The notes: generated from the letters alone by a model not told the origin. A stretch of DNA of 64,000 nucleotides from Spirochaetia bacterium (GCA_965198005.1 CBDAOI010000004.1:1888001-1952000); one strand, 5' to 3'; shown: positions 27,158 to 38,079, numbered from the stretch's first letter. Translations and numbers: made by a program.

Positions 27158-28246
27158 GTGTCACGGTCGGGTCGGCCCGCGGTAGGATGGTGCGGCAGAG
27201 GCGGTCGCGCAATCTACTCGGTAGTCGGTATAGGCATTTCGTTGCTGGACCACGTGGCGCACGTATCCGCGCAGCAGTTGCGCGCGACCGGTGCCCGTCC
27301 CGGCAGCATGAACCTGATTGACGTGCGCCGGAGCCGTGACCTGCAACGCCGGTTTCCGCAGGCGCGGGTGCTGCCCGGGGGCGGCTGCGCGAACGCCCTG
27401 CGCGGCCTCGGGTGGCTGGCCGCCGCCACCGGCACCGAGCTCGAGCCACCGCTGTTCGTGGGGGTGGTCGGGGAGGATGCCGAGGGTACGGCGTACGCCA
27501 CCGCCCTGCGTCGTGCCGGGGTCACGCCCGCTCTGCGCCACGGCACCACCGCCACCGGCACCTCCACCGTACTGGTCTCGCCGGACGGGGAACGCACGAT
27601 GTTTACCTGTCTGGGAGCGAGCACGCAGCTCGAGAGCTGCCTGGCCGTATCCACGGCGGCGCTGGCGGAGGCACGCGCGTTCTATACCACCGGCTTCGTG
27701 TGCGACCCTCCCGCCGGGATGGCGCTGATCCGCGCCTGCGCGGCCGCGGCGGCGCGCCACTCCGTGCCGGTGGTGTTCGATATCGCCGATCGCTCCGTGG
27801 TCGAACGCCATCGCAGCGTGCTGCGCGGCTGGGCGCCCGGCAAGGTACGGGTGCTGCTGGGCAACCGCGACGAGTTGCGTGCGCTTACCGGATGCGCGTC
27901 CGATGGCGAGGCGCTGGCGGCGGCCGCCGAGCTGGCGCCGACGGTGGTGATGAAGGTGGGTGAGCAGGGTGCGCTGGTATGGGACGGCGGCCGGGTCGAC
28001 GCGGTGCCGACGGTCCCGGTGCACGCGCTGGATACTACCGGAGCCGGTGACGCGTTCGTCGCTGGATTCCTGCTGCGGTGGATTCTCGGCGGCGGTCCCG
28101 CGGCGGGCGCCGCCGCCGGCAACCTCCTCGCCGGCCGGATCGTGCAGGTGGATGGCTGTGACTACGACCGGTTGGATCGCGACGTACGGACGGGATGGGC
28201 CAAGAGCGGCGCCCCGGACGGTGGTCTTGGGGCGCTAGGGCGCTAG
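27158..28246 (+). CDS. PfkB family carbohydrate/adenosine kinase
   Basis: GGGCAN, PDGERTM, NRDE, DTTGAGDAF; start uncertain. Confidence 0.88.
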   Translation: MSRSGRPAVGWCGRGGRAIYSVVGIGISLLDHVAHVSAQQLRATGARPGSMNLIDVRRSRDLQRRFPQARVLPGGGCANALRGLGWLAAATGTELEPPLFVGVVGEDAEGTAYATALRRAGVTPALRHGTTATGTSTVLVSPDGERTMFTCLGASTQLESCLAVSTAALAEARAFYTTGFVCDPPAGMALIRACAAAAARHSVPVVFDIADRSVVERHRSVLRGWAPGKVRVLLGNRDELRALTGCASDGEALAAAAELAPTVVMKVGEQGALVWDGGRVDAVPTVPVHALDTTGAGDAFVAGFLLRWILGGGPAAGAAAGNLLAGRIVQVDGCDYDRLDRDVRTGWAKSGAPDGGLGALGR

Positions 28247-28593
28247 GGCGAGGCGGGGGGCGTCGCCGTCGGGTCGCCGCCGGGGGGCGCCGGCTGCAGT
28301 GCCCGGTCGATCTCCGCGATCAGGCGTGAGGTAATCTGTCCGGCTTCGCGGGCGGCTTCAGCTTCGACCCGGGCTTCGGCCCGGGCCAGGCGTTCCTTGA
28401 ACAACTCGTCGACCACGTTGAGGGCTGCGACCACCGCGACCTTGAGCGGCTCGCCCAGGGCGATATTCGCCGCCGCCTCCTCGACCCGCATGCGGTAGTA
28501 GGCCACGACGTCCTTGATGTACTCGGGTTCCTCCTTCGAGCGGATGGTAAAGGAGACCCCAAGAAGATCCACCGTGGTAAGATGATCGGCCAT
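28243..28593 (-). CDS. zapA: Cell division protein ZapA
   Basis: VDLLGVSFTIRS...KVAVVAALNVVDELFK. Confidence 0.85.
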   Translation of the reverse strand: MADHLTTVDLLGVSFTIRSKEEPEYIKDVVAYYRMRVEEAAANIALGEPLKVAVVAALNVVDELFKERLARAEARVEAEAAREAGQITSRLIAEIDRALQPAPPGGDPTATPPASP

Positions 28594-28600
28594 TCCCCGC

Positions 28601-29059
28601 TCAGAATATATCGAGCTCGCTACCCTCGCTCGTGGCCGTTTCGTTCGACTCCGCCGGGTCATCGTCCTGCGCGGACGGTTCCCCGGCCGGCGCCTGCTGC
28701 GCCTCGCCGTCCGCGTCTGCGCCTGCGTCTGCCGCTGCGGCCGCGGCTTCGTGCGCCGCGGCATCGCCGGCGCCGGCGGCCGCGTCCGGACTCTGCTCCA
28801 ATTGGTCAAGGTGCATCAGCGTGCGGTTGATCGTGGCCTCGATCTCCTCGCGATCGGTGTGCAGCCGCCCCAGTTCCTCTTCCAGACGCCGAGACTTCTG
28901 CTCGGCTGCGATCCGCGCCTGCTCGGTGGCGGTGACCCGTCCTTCGGCGTCGCGCAGCGCCGCGGTGAGCTCGTCATTGGTGCGGCGCAGCCCGTTCAGG
29001 GTCTCCATGACGTGCTGGATCTTGCGATCGAGCGCGTGGATCTGATCGAGGCTGGTCAT
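28601..29059 (-). CDS. zapB: ZapB-like coiled-coil cell division protein
   Basis: Coiled coil with acidic tail ending ELDIF; between rplT and zapA. Confidence 0.7.
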   Translation of the reverse strand: MTSLDQIHALDRKIQHVMETLNGLRRTNDELTAALRDAEGRVTATEQARIAAEQKSRRLEEELGRLHTDREEIEATINRTLMHLDQLEQSPDAAAGAGDAAAHEAAAAAADAGADADGEAQQAPAGEPSAQDDDPAESNETATSEGSELDIF

Positions 29060-29430
29060 GTGCCGGCTGCCTGCTTTTCGGCCAGCGCCGCCAGCGCGGT
29101 CTCCACCAGGCGCTCGAACGCAGCCGGGTCCTCGATTGCGAGATTGGACAGCGCCTTGCGGTCGATTCTCACCTCCGCCCGCGCCAAGCCGTGCATGAAC
29201 ACGGAATACCGGGTGCCGTGCGCCCGGCAGGCGGCGGAGATCCGCGTGATCCACAGGGTACGAAAGTCGCGCCGCCGCCGCCGCCGGTCGCGGTACGCGT
29301 ACACCAGCGCCTTCGCGACCGCGTCCTTGGCCGGGCGGAACAGCTTGCTGCGACGGCCCCAGTAGCCCTTCGCGGCCTTCAAGATCTTGCGCCGGCGTAC
29401 GTGGCGCCGTGCGCTTGGTGCTTTCGGCAT
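29056..29430 (-). CDS. rplT: 50S ribosomal protein L20
   Basis: KILKAAKGYWG, RDFRTLWITRI, IDRKALS. Confidence 0.97.
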   Translation of the reverse strand: MPKAPSARRHVRRRKILKAAKGYWGRRSKLFRPAKDAVAKALVYAYRDRRRRRRDFRTLWITRISAACRAHGTRYSVFMHGLARAEVRIDRKALSNLAIEDPAAFERLVETALAALAEKQAAGT

Positions 29431-29461
29431 TACCTGTCCCTCCGATTCTCTTCAGCCATCC

Positions 29462-29659
29462 TCAGCCGTACGGGATGAGCTGTCGTGCGCGCTTGAGCTC
29501 GGCCGCATCCAATGTTGCTCCCCGGCGCAGCCGCCGTTTGCGCTTGCGGCTCTTCTTGGTCAGGATATGCCGCAGTCCCTGCTTCTTGTACCTTACCTTG
29601 CCGCTGCCGGTCAAAGCATACCGCTTTGCGGCGCTCTTACGTGTCTTGATCTTTGGCAT
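29462..29659 (-). CDS. rpmI: 50S ribosomal protein L35
   Basis: [13 protein letters not shown]...RHILTKKS...RRLR. Confidence 0.97.
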   Translation of the reverse strand: MPKIKTRKSAAKRYALTGSGKVRYKKQGLRHILTKKSRKRKRRLRRGATLDAAELKRARQLIPYG

Positions 29660-30209
29660 TGTCTGCCTCGCGTTTGGCCTGACTGAGGGCCCGCGCCGCG
29701 GGGCCCGGGCTGAGAAACATCGACATGAACCGTCCTTCCATCTGAGGCCGCCGCTCCATCACCGCGGTATCGGCGAGAATCCCCAGGATCCGGGTCAACA
29801 CCGCACGGCCGATCTCGGTATGCGCCAACTCCCGGCCGCGGAACCGAATGGTCACCTTGACCTTGTTCCCGCCTTCCAGGAACTGGCGTACCTGCCTGGC
29901 CTTGAACTGCAAGTCGTGGACTTCGATCTTGGGCTGCATACGAATCTCCTTGAGCTTGGCGAGTTTCTGCTTCCGCTTCGACTCCTTGATCCGTTTCTCC
30001 TGATCGAACTTGAACTTGCCGTAGTCGAGAACCTTGCACACCGGTGGCCGCGCCATCGGCGAAACCTCGACCAGGTCCAACCCCGTCTGACGTGCTATCT
30101 CCAACGCCTGATCGGTGCTCACTACTCCGGCCTGCGCGCCGTCGGCAGCGATGAGGCGCACCTCGCGCACGCGGATCATGTCGTTTATCCTGAGTCTGCG
30201 TTCGGCCAA
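29637..30209 (-). CDS. infC: Translation initiation factor IF-3
   Basis: LDLVEVSP...[22 protein letters not shown] start after GAGGAGG. Confidence 0.97.
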   Translation of the reverse strand: MAERRLRINDMIRVREVRLIAADGAQAGVVSTDQALEIARQTGLDLVEVSPMARPPVCKVLDYGKFKFDQEKRIKESKRKQKLAKLKEIRMQPKIEVHDLQFKARQVRQFLEGGNKVKVTIRFRGRELAHTEIGRAVLTRILGILADTAVMERRPQMEGRFMSMFLSPGPAARALSQAKREADNAKDQDT

Positions 30210-30387
30210 TCGGCCTCCTCTCAGGGCGTCAGCGGCCGCTGTTCGGCGACCGCCGGCACGCCAATGTCCTGCTTAGTATAGCAACTGGCCGGAGCGGGGG
30301 TAAAGCGCTGCTTCGGGCGCGCCGAACGCGTCGAACGTCCGGTAGGCGCCGCTGCCCGGTTTCCGGCCCGGTGCGGACGGGTCGGCC

Positions 30388-31002
30388 TCATCGCCGCGCG
30401 TTCGCCAGGATGAACAGCACCTCCGTGGCCCGCCAGTTGGCGAACCACGGCCGGATGGTGCCACGCTTCGCTATATCGATCGCCCGCAGGATGGTCGTTC
30501 CCCGGCTGGCACAGTAGTCGATAAAGTCCTTGCGCGTACACAGATGGATGTTGGGGGTGTTGTACCACGTGTAGGGCAGGTCGCGGGTGACCGGCATGCG
30601 TCCGGTCACCAGGAGCTGGAGCCGGATGCGATAGTAACCGAAATTGGGAAACGACACGATCGCGCGCTTGCCGACGCGGAGCATCTCCTCCAGGACCAGC
30701 GTCGGCCGGTGGGTTACCTGCAGGGTCTGGTTGAGGATGACGTAATCGTAGCTGCCCGTGGCGTAGTCGCGCAGCCCCTCGTCGAGGTCACCCTGGAACA
30801 CCGAGATCCCCCGGGCGATGCTTTCGATGATCATCGCTTCCTGGAGCTCGACCCCGCGCCCGCGGACGCTCTTGGCGGCCGTCAGACGGCTGAGCAGCTC
30901 GCCGTCGCCGCAGCCGAGGTCGAGCACGCTGCTGCCGGGCTCGATCAGATCGATGATCTCCGCATAGTCGACGTGGGGGCGGTCGGGCGTGGTGGCGGAC
31001 AT
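30388..31002 (-). CDS. metW: Methionine biosynthesis protein MetW
   Basis: VLDLGCGDG, VSFPNFG, WYNTPNIH. Confidence 0.92.
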   Translation of the reverse strand: MSATTPDRPHVDYAEIIDLIEPGSSVLDLGCGDGELLSRLTAAKSVRGRGVELQEAMIIESIARGISVFQGDLDEGLRDYATGSYDYVILNQTLQVTHRPTLVLEEMLRVGKRAIVSFPNFGYYRIRLQLLVTGRMPVTRDLPYTWYNTPNIHLCTRKDFIDYCASRGTTILRAIDIAKRGTIRPWFANWRATEVLFILANARR

Positions 31003-31006
31003 CCGA

Positions 31007-32188
31007 TTACCGCTGGTCGGAGGCGCCGCCCGCGCTGGCCAGGAACGAGCGGATGATGCGGGTCTGGCGCACCGTCTCGAGCAGGAACGAGTCGTGGCCG
31101 TGGGGGCTGTCGATCTCGACGTAGGAGACGTCGTTGCCGGCCTGCATCAGCGCGCTCACCATCGCCTTCGACTGCGCGGAAGGATACAGCCAGTCCGAGG
31201 TAAACGAGACCAGCAGGAACTTCGCCGCGGTGCCGGCAAACGCCCCGGCCAGCCCGCCGGCGTGACTGGTCAGATCGTAGTAGTCCATCGCCTTGGTGAT
31301 GTACAGGTAGGAGTTGGCGTCGAATTCCTCCGCGAACCGTGCGCCCTTGTGGTCCAGATAGCTCTCGACTTCGAACTCGTTGGAGAAGTCGTATTCGAAC
31401 CGATCGCGTTCCTGCAGCTTGCGTCCGAACCGTTTGCCGAGCGATTCATCCGACAGATAGGTGAGATGGCCGACCATGCGCGCGATCGCCAGCCCGCGCC
31501 GGGGGTGGCCGCGCCCGTAATAGGCGCCGTCGTACCAGTCCGGGTCGGCGGTGATGGCGTTGCGCCCGATCGCGTGGAAGGCGATGCCCTGGGCGGAGAT
31601 GGTTGCGGTGGAGGCGAGAATGACCGCCGACCGCACCATCTCCGGAAACCGCACGGTCCACTCCAGCGCCTGCATGCCACCCATCGAGCCGCCGGCGACG
31701 CAGTGCAGCTCGGTCAGTCCGAGGTGCTCCACCACCGCGCGCTGCGCCTGCACCATGTCGCCGATGGTGATGACCGGGAAGCTCAGTCCGAACGGCTTGC
31801 CGGTGGCGGGATTGATCGCGGCCGGCCCGGTGCTGCCATGGCAGCCGCCGATGAAGTTGGTGCACACCACGAAGTAGCGCTCGGTGTCGAACGCCTTGCC
31901 GGGTCCGATCATCGCATCCCACCAGCCGGGACGCCGGTCCTCGGGCGTGTGGTAGCCGGCCGCGTGGTGGCTGGCGGAGGTCGCGTGAAAGATCATTACG
32001 GCGTTGCTGCGCGCCGCGTTGAGCTCGCCGTAGGTTTCGTACAGGATGGTGATCGGGCCCAGCCGCCGGCCGCTTTCCAGCACCAGCTCGTGGGGAGGCG
32101 CGGCGAAGGTGTGCGCCCGCGGCGTGACCAGCCCGACCGATTCGGGGGCCTGCCACGGCGCCGAGGGCGGCGTCGGAATACTACTCAT
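31007..32188 (-). CDS. metX: Homoserine O-acyltransferase
   Basis: YETYGELN, GWWDAMIGPGK, GGSMGG, FDANSY, HGHDSFL. Confidence 0.95.
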   Translation of the reverse strand: MSSIPTPPSAPWQAPESVGLVTPRAHTFAAPPHELVLESGRRLGPITILYETYGELNAARSNAVMIFHATSASHHAAGYHTPEDRRPGWWDAMIGPGKAFDTERYFVVCTNFIGGCHGSTGPAAINPATGKPFGLSFPVITIGDMVQAQRAVVEHLGLTELHCVAGGSMGGMQALEWTVRFPEMVRSAVILASTATISAQGIAFHAIGRNAITADPDWYDGAYYGRGHPRRGLAIARMVGHLTYLSDESLGKRFGRKLQERDRFEYDFSNEFEVESYLDHKGARFAEEFDANSYLYITKAMDYYDLTSHAGGLAGAFAGTAAKFLLVSFTSDWLYPSAQSKAMVSALMQAGNDVSYVEIDSPHGHDSFLLETVRQTRIIRSFLASAGGASDQR

Positions 32189-32308
32189 GTTCAGGATGCG
32201 GCGCAGGCTTGGCGAGCGGCAGCGATGGTGCGGCCCGGCGTGCGGCGGCATCCGGCGTTTTGCGCTATCATCGCCACGAACGGTAAGACTATTGTACGGC
32301 TACCGCCA

Positions 32309-33343
32309 GTGATCTGTCAATTCAGCAACTCCGCGCCCGCCGCTTGCCGCCCGCCTGCCCGACGGGTCCTCCGACGTTGGCCGGAACTCCGGCCGCGGGT
32401 GGGGAGCGCCGCGGTGCTGGCCCTGGCCCTGGCGCTCGCGGCCTGCTCGTCCGGCCCCAAGCTCCGCCTGCCGGCCGCGCTCGGTCCCACCGCCCGGGAC
32501 GCGCAGCTCGTGGTAACCCTGCGCCAGCCGCTGATCTCCGACCTGATGGGCAGCGTCGAGCGACGGGCGCTGCTCCCGCCCGACCTGGAGCAGGCGGCGC
32601 AGGACCTCACCGACATCACGGCGCTGATGGTGTTCGGCGTGCTGCCCGATCGGCGGGGGGCGGTGCTGGCGATGGTGCCCCGCTCGCGCTACCCGGCGCA
32701 GGCAATCGGCTGGCAGCTCAACCTGAGTGATCTGACGTTCCACACCGATGCCCCCAGCGGCGTGCGCCACTACTGGAGCGACCGCAAGGCGGGCTTCGGA
32801 GTCGTGGTGTTTCCCAACCTGATCTTCAGCTTCTGGCTGCATCCGCGGGAGTTCGGCCGCGCCGGTGCCGAACCGAGCCCGGCGGTCCGCGAGATGATCG
32901 AGATCGCCACCGCCGGCGCGAGCATCGACCTGCACCCGGCGGCGGCCGCGGTCAGCGACGCGGAGCTGTTCGCGTATCTGCGGGACGTCAATGCCTGGGT
33001 GGCGGAGCTGGACCCGCGGGCCGCGGCGGCGGGCGCCCGCCTGCCGCTGGAGGCCGCCTGGGCCGCCGGCCGGTTCGAGGAAGAGACGGCGACGATCCAC
33101 GCGGGCGTGGCCCTCGAGACCGACAACGTGGACCCCTATCTCGCGCTGGTGCGGCTGCTGGTGGTCAACCTGCTGACCCGGCTGGACGCCCTGAGCGTGC
33201 AGCGGCTGCGGGCGGTACAGGTGGCGGCTGCGGGCGACGAGGGGGTCGGCGCTACGATTACGGTTACCGGACTGAAGCTGCCGCGGCGGCTGGTCACCGA
33301 GCTGCTGCTGGCGGAACTGGAGGGTGACGATGAGCAGCCGTGA
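32309..33343 (+). CDS. Hypothetical lipoprotein
   Basis: Hydrophobic stretch and lipobox LAA-C-SS; overlaps hisH start; start codon uncertain. Confidence 0.65.
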   Translation: MICQFSNSAPAACRPPARRVLRRWPELRPRVGSAAVLALALALAACSSGPKLRLPAALGPTARDAQLVVTLRQPLISDLMGSVERRALLPPDLEQAAQDLTDITALMVFGVLPDRRGAVLAMVPRSRYPAQAIGWQLNLSDLTFHTDAPSGVRHYWSDRKAGFGVVVFPNLIFSFWLHPREFGRAGAEPSPAVREMIEIATAGASIDLHPAAAAVSDAELFAYLRDVNAWVAELDPRAAAAGARLPLEAAWAAGRFEEETATIHAGVALETDNVDPYLALVRLLVVNLLTRLDALSVQRLRAVQVAAAGDEGVGATITVTGLKLPRRLVTELLLAELEGDDEQP

Positions 33344-33956
33344 ACCGGTCCTGATCGTCGACTACGAGGCCGGCAACCTGCGCAGCGTGGAGACGGCGGT
33401 GGCCCACCTCGGCGCGGGCGCGGTGACCAGCGGCGATCCCGACCGGGTGCGGCGGGCCGGGCGCGTCATTTTTCCGGGCGTGGGCGGCGCGGACGCGGCC
33501 ATGGCCGTGCTGCGCAGCCGCGGGCTGGATGCGGCGCTGCGCGAGGTGTATCGGGCGGGGCGGCCGATGCTCGGCATCTGCATCGGGTGCCAGGTGGTCT
33601 TCGACTGGTCGGAAGAGGGACCGACCGACTGCCTGGGTCTGGTCGCCGGGCGGGTCACGCGGCTGCAGCCGACCGCCGAGCGCAAGGTTCCGCACATGGG
33701 GTGGAACGTGGTCCGGCTGCGGCGCCGCCATCCGGTGGTCGCCGGCGTGGCCGACGGGGCGCGCTTCTACTTCGTCCACTCCTACAGCGTGGCGCCGGCC
33801 GATCCCGCGGTTACCCTGGGCGCGACGGTGTACGGCCGGGAGTTTGCCGCCATCGTTGCGGCCGACAACATCGTGGCGACCCAGTTCCACGCGGAAAAAT
33901 CCGGCCGGTGGGGCCTGCGCCTGTTGTCCAACTTCCTGGCGTGGAATCCCTCGTGA
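33330..33956 (+). CDS. hisH: Imidazole glycerol phosphate synthase glutaminase subunit
   Basis: [40 protein letters not shown]. Confidence 0.95.
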   Translation: MSSREPVLIVDYEAGNLRSVETAVAHLGAGAVTSGDPDRVRRAGRVIFPGVGGADAAMAVLRSRGLDAALREVYRAGRPMLGICIGCQVVFDWSEEGPTDCLGLVAGRVTRLQPTAERKVPHMGWNVVRLRRRHPVVAGVADGARFYFVHSYSVAPADPAVTLGATVYGREFAAIVAADNIVATQFHAEKSGRWGLRLLSNFLAWNPS

Positions 33957-34753
33957 CCGACGGCGGCGTGACCGACGGCGGCATCGGACTGGCCAAGCGC
34001 GTGATCGTGTGCCTGGACGTGCGCGACGGCAAGACCACCAAGGGGGTCCGGTTCCAGGCCAACCGGGTGGTGGGCGATCCGGTGGAGATGGCGCGGCAGT
34101 ACTATGCGGACGGAGCGGACGAGCTGGTGTTCTACGACATCACCGCTTCCGCCGAACGGCGCGGCATCATGCTCGACGTGGTGCGGCGGGTGGCGGAACA
34201 GATCTTCATTCCGTTCGCGGTGGGCGGCGGCATCGGCTCGGTGGCCGACATGCGGGCGGTGCTGCTGGCCGGCGCCGAGAAGGTGTCGGTCAACTCCCAG
34301 GCGGTACGCAATCCGCACGTCATCAGCGAAGGCGCGGCGGCGTTCGGCACGCAGTGCATCGTGCTGGGCCTGGACGCCAAGCACGACCCCGCCATGCCGA
34401 GCGGCTACCGGGTGATGATCGACGGGATGCGCCGCTCGACCGAGCTGGATGCGCTGGAGTGGGCCGTGCGCGCCCAGGAGCTCGGGGCCGGGGAGGTAGT
34501 GCTCAACGCCATCGACACCGACGGCGTGCAGGAGGGCTACGAACTGGAGGTAACCCGGCTGCTGGCCGACGCGTTGACCATTCCGGTCGTCGCCTCGGGC
34601 GGCGCCGGCACCCCCGACCACCTCTACGAGGTGCTCGAACACGCCCGTGCGCACGCGGCGCTGGTGGCCTCGATGGTCCACTTCGGGGACTACACCGTGT
34701 CGGAGATCAAGCGCAGTCTGGCCGCCCGCGGCGTGTGCGTCCGTGCCGATTGA
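33953..34753 (+). CDS. hisF: Imidazole glycerol phosphate synthase cyclase subunit
   Basis: [33 protein letters not shown]. Confidence 0.96.
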   Translation: MTDGGVTDGGIGLAKRVIVCLDVRDGKTTKGVRFQANRVVGDPVEMARQYYADGADELVFYDITASAERRGIMLDVVRRVAEQIFIPFAVGGGIGSVADMRAVLLAGAEKVSVNSQAVRNPHVISEGAAAFGTQCIVLGLDAKHDPAMPSGYRVMIDGMRRSTELDALEWAVRAQELGAGEVVLNAIDTDGVQEGYELEVTRLLADALTIPVVASGGAGTPDHLYEVLEHARAHAALVASMVHFGDYTVSEIKRSLAARGVCVRAD

Positions 34754-34829
34754 CGATACCCGCGATACGCGCGAGGGGGTTGACAGTTTGTCGCGTGCAT
34801 GCGAGAGTGCACCGCTCGGGGCTCTAAAC

Positions 34830-35020
34830 CGACGTGGCGCCGCAGCAGGACATGGCGCACCAGGATCTGCGTGGTGGGCGCGCCAACGGCCTTGGCTGCC
34901 AGAAAGACGCGCGAGCCGCCCACACCGCCGGCGACTCCCCGGACCACGATGATCTGTGGTATACCCCGCCCCGCGACGGACATGATCGTGAGCAACAGAA
35001 GCAGTCCAGGGAACGCCGGG
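34830..35020 (-). pseudogene. Internal fragment of an OppC-like permease
   Basis: AFPGLLLLLTIMSVAGRGIPQII...GGSRV-FLAAKAVG...ILVRHVL matches the permease at 54178-55098 with a segment missing. Confidence 0.7.
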
Positions 35021-35119
35021 GCCCGCCATCGGGCTGGCGCCCACCCTCGTCTTTCTGCTCGCCTGGGTCGTGTCTCGACTCAGGTTGTGATTCCGGCACC
35101 GGCACAGTAGCATCCAAGG

Positions 35120-36469
35120 ATGCGCACATCGTCGGCGCGAGAACGTCAGGAACAATCCACCAGTTTGAACCTTGAGCCCTACTGGATGCCGTTTACCGGC
35201 AATCGCTACTTCAAGAAGCACCCGCGGCTGATCGCCGCGGCGAGCGGCGTGCACTACACTACGGTGGACGGCCGCACACTCCTCGACGGAGCCGCCGGGA
35301 TGTGGTGCTGCAACGCTGGCCACTGCCATCCCACGATCGTCGCGGCGGTGCAGGCGCAGGTGGCGAAGCTCGACTACGCGATGGCGTTTCAGGTCGGCCA
35401 CCCCTCGATATTCGAGCTGGCCGAGCGCCTTACCGCGATGGCGCCGTTGGGGTTCGACTACGCCTTCTTCGTCAACTCCGGCTCCGAGGCGGTGGACAGC
35501 GCGCTCAAGATCGCGCTCGGCTATCACCGTGCCCGCGGGGAGGGCACGCGTGTGCGGTTGATCGGACGGGAACGCGGCTACCACGGGGTCGGATTCGGCG
35601 GCATGTCGGTTGGGGGTATCACCCCGAATCGGAAGACCTTCGCGGGCGCGCTGCTGCCGGCGGTCGATCATCTGCCCCACACGCACGACCTGCAGCGGAA
35701 TGCATTCAGCCGTGGCCAGCCGGAGCACGGCGCCGAGCGCGCCGATGCCCTCGAGCAGTTGGTCGCGCTGCACGACGCGTCGACGATCGCGGCGGTGATC
35801 GTGGAGCCGGTGGCCGGCTCGGCCGGCGTGCTGCTGCCGCCGCAGGGCTACCTGAAGCGTCTGCGCGAGATCTGCACGGCACACGGCATCCTGCTGATCT
35901 TCGACGAGGTGATTACGGGCTTCGGCCGCCTCGGCGCGAGCTTCGCCACCGAGCGCTTCGACGTGGTGCCCGACATCATAACCGTCGCGAAGGGTCTGAC
36001 CAGCGGCGTGGTGCCGATGGGCGGGGTGCTGGTGCGCAGGGAGATCTACGACGCGTTCATGAGCGGGCCCGAGGAAGCCATCGAGCTGTTCCACGGCCAC
36101 ACCTACTCCGGCCATCCCGTCGCCGCGGTGGCGGCGCTCGCCGCACTGGAGGTCTACCGCGACGAGGACCTGTTCGAGCGCGCGCGGCGGCTCGAGCCGA
36201 TTCTGGAGGACGCGCTGCACGCGTTGCGCGGGGCCCGTCACGTCATCGACGTGCGCAACCTGGGGCTGGTCGGGGCGGTCGAGCTGGAGCCGGCTGCCGG
36301 CGCGCCCGGCAGACGTGGCGCAGCCGTGTTCCGCGGATGCTTCGACCGCGACGCCATCGTCCGGACCACGGGGGATACCATCGCGCTGTCACCGCCCCTC
36401 ACTATGGAACAGACCGAGATCCACCAGGTCGTCGACACCATCGGTCGGGTGTTGGGCGAGCTCGACTAG
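35120..36469 (+). CDS. Class III omega-amino acid (beta-alanine):pyruvate aminotransferase
   Basis: YWMPFTGNR, NSGSEAVD, GYHGVGFGG, FDEVITGFGRLG, AKGLT. Confidence 0.92.
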   Translation: MRTSSARERQEQSTSLNLEPYWMPFTGNRYFKKHPRLIAAASGVHYTTVDGRTLLDGAAGMWCCNAGHCHPTIVAAVQAQVAKLDYAMAFQVGHPSIFELAERLTAMAPLGFDYAFFVNSGSEAVDSALKIALGYHRARGEGTRVRLIGRERGYHGVGFGGMSVGGITPNRKTFAGALLPAVDHLPHTHDLQRNAFSRGQPEHGAERADALEQLVALHDASTIAAVIVEPVAGSAGVLLPPQGYLKRLREICTAHGILLIFDEVITGFGRLGASFATERFDVVPDIITVAKGLTSGVVPMGGVLVRREIYDAFMSGPEEAIELFHGHTYSGHPVAAVAALAALEVYRDEDLFERARRLEPILEDALHALRGARHVIDVRNLGLVGAVELEPAAGAPGRRGAAVFRGCFDRDAIVRTTGDTIALSPPLTMEQTEIHQVVDTIGRVLGELD

Positions 36470-36474
36470 CGCGC

Positions 36475-36530
36475 ATGGCCCGCTACGCCGACCTGGCAGT
36501 CCGGGTGGGCCTGAACTTGCAGCCCGGGCT
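36475..36530 (+). pseudogene. N-terminal scrap of an M29 (AmpS/aminopeptidase II) peptidase
   Basis: MARYADLAVRVGLNLQPG resembles the family start; abuts the stop of the next gene. Confidence 0.55.
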
Positions 36531-37360
36531 CAGGCGATGCCGAGGATCCGGCGAGCGTCGGCGGTGGTCGCCACCTCGCGCTGCTGCTGTTGAATGACGT
36601 TGGCGGCCACCTCCACCATCTGCGCGTTGCTCTCGAGCAGCACCCCCTTGCGCAGGTACAGGTTGTCCTCGAAGCCCACCCGCACGTGGCCGCCGAGGAT
36701 CACCGCCATCGTGATGAGCGGAAGCTGCGCGCGCCCCACACCCAGCACCGACCAGGGGATGTCGGCGGGCAGCTGCTTGCGCACGTGCAGCAGGTTCTCC
36801 GGCGTCCCCTCGATCCCCCACTTCACCCCCATGCAGATCTGCACGTAGGGCGGATCGTCGAACAGCCCCTGCTCGATCATGGAACGCGCCTGCCAGGCGT
36901 GGCCCGCATCGAACACCTCGATCTCCGGCTTTACCCCCCGCTCGCGCATCCGTTGCGCCGCGGCTGAACTCCAGTCGGATGGATTCTGAAAAACCGCCGG
37001 GCGGTAACCCAAGTTCAGCGACCCGATGTCGAGGGAGCACAGCTCGGTGCCGAGCTCGACCGGCTGCAACCGCTCCTCGATGACGTTCTTACGGGGGATG
37101 TTATTGCCGCTGGTCGTCAGGTTTATGAGGATGTCGCACTTGTCGCGGATCCTCTCGACGCACTCGCGAAACAGCTCGAGGCGGTAGGTGGGGACCCCCG
37201 TCTCGGGATCGCGCACGTGGATATGGACGATCGCGGCGCCGGCTCGGTAGCAGTCGTAGGTGGCGTCGGCGATCTCCGCGGGGGTGTGGGGGAGGCCGGG
37301 ATGTTGGTCGCGCGTCGGCACCGAGCCGGTCACCGCGACGGTTATGATGTGCTTGCTCAT
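36530..37360 (-). CDS. Beta-keto acid cleavage enzyme (BKACE/Kce, DUF849)
   Basis: [40 protein letters not shown]. Confidence 0.92.
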   Translation of the reverse strand: MSKHIITVAVTGSVPTRDQHPGLPHTPAEIADATYDCYRAGAAIVHIHVRDPETGVPTYRLELFRECVERIRDKCDILINLTTSGNNIPRKNVIEERLQPVELGTELCSLDIGSLNLGYRPAVFQNPSDWSSAAAQRMRERGVKPEIEVFDAGHAWQARSMIEQGLFDDPPYVQICMGVKWGIEGTPENLLHVRKQLPADIPWSVLGVGRAQLPLITMAVILGGHVRVGFEDNLYLRKGVLLESNAQMVEVAANVIQQQQREVATTADARRILGIA

Positions 37361-37451
37361 AGGCGTACGTCTGATTCTCCTTGCGTCACGATACCGTATG
37401 CGATAACCGGCACACAAACCGAGTACAAAATTCTGAATCGTGGCCCAATGG

Positions 37452-37619
37452 TCGACGAATGGCCGGAGGAGGTCAAGCAGTACTACCGCTACGACCCGGA
37501 ACGGGCGAAGCAGTTGCTGGCCGAGGCGAGCTATCCCGATGGCCTCAAGACCGAACTTTACGACGCTCTTGACCCGTCTTTGGATCGACCAGGATCTGAA
37601 GCGCGAGCTCGGATTCTGA
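37452..37619 (+). pseudogene. Unit 1: family 5 SBP remnant (two short pieces)
   Basis: [22 protein letters not shown]...LKTEL joined to [14 protein letters not shown]; 37452-37557 nearly identical to 48526-48631. Confidence 0.8.
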
Positions 37620-37733
37620 ATCAATCGCCCTTGGGCGATGGAAATGGGAGCCCGCTTCCGGGCGGACTCCGCTGCCACATGACAGAGTGGGACGGTGGCG
37701 TGTGCTGCCGTCCCACTCTCGAGGCGCCCTGCA

Positions 37734-38010
37734 ATGCGAACGTACATCATCCGACGCGTCTTGCTGCTGATCCCGACGTTCCTCATTCTGACGGTCCTGG
37801 TGTTTCTCTCGGTGCGCTTTCTTCCCGGCGACGCCCAACTTCTGGCTCGCCACGCTGGTGCTGACCTTTCCCGCGATCTGGTGGGCGTGGGCGCCGCCGC
37901 TGCGCATGGTGGCGTTCGCCGATGACCCGCTCCGCAACCTCGGCCACCTGTTCATTCCCAGCCTCATTCTGGGCACCTACCTGTCGGCTACCCGGGTGCA
38001 GTACCGCTAA
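37734..38010 (+). pseudogene. Unit 1: OppB-like permease with two large internal deletions
   Basis: MRTYIIRR...FLPGD / ATPNFWL...GTYLSAT / RVQYR*. Confidence 0.85.
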
Positions 38011-38079
38011 GTAGGAGCTTGGCGCGTGCGACAGACTCCTGGCGGACGGTGGGGATGGGCCGCAAGCGACGCCTGGCGG

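Noticed and set aside
32189-32310. SAM riboswitch upstream of metX
   Set aside because: No SAM-I or SAM-II consensus visible
33782-36241. 819-aa minus-strand ORF
   Set aside because: Antisense to hisF and the aminotransferase
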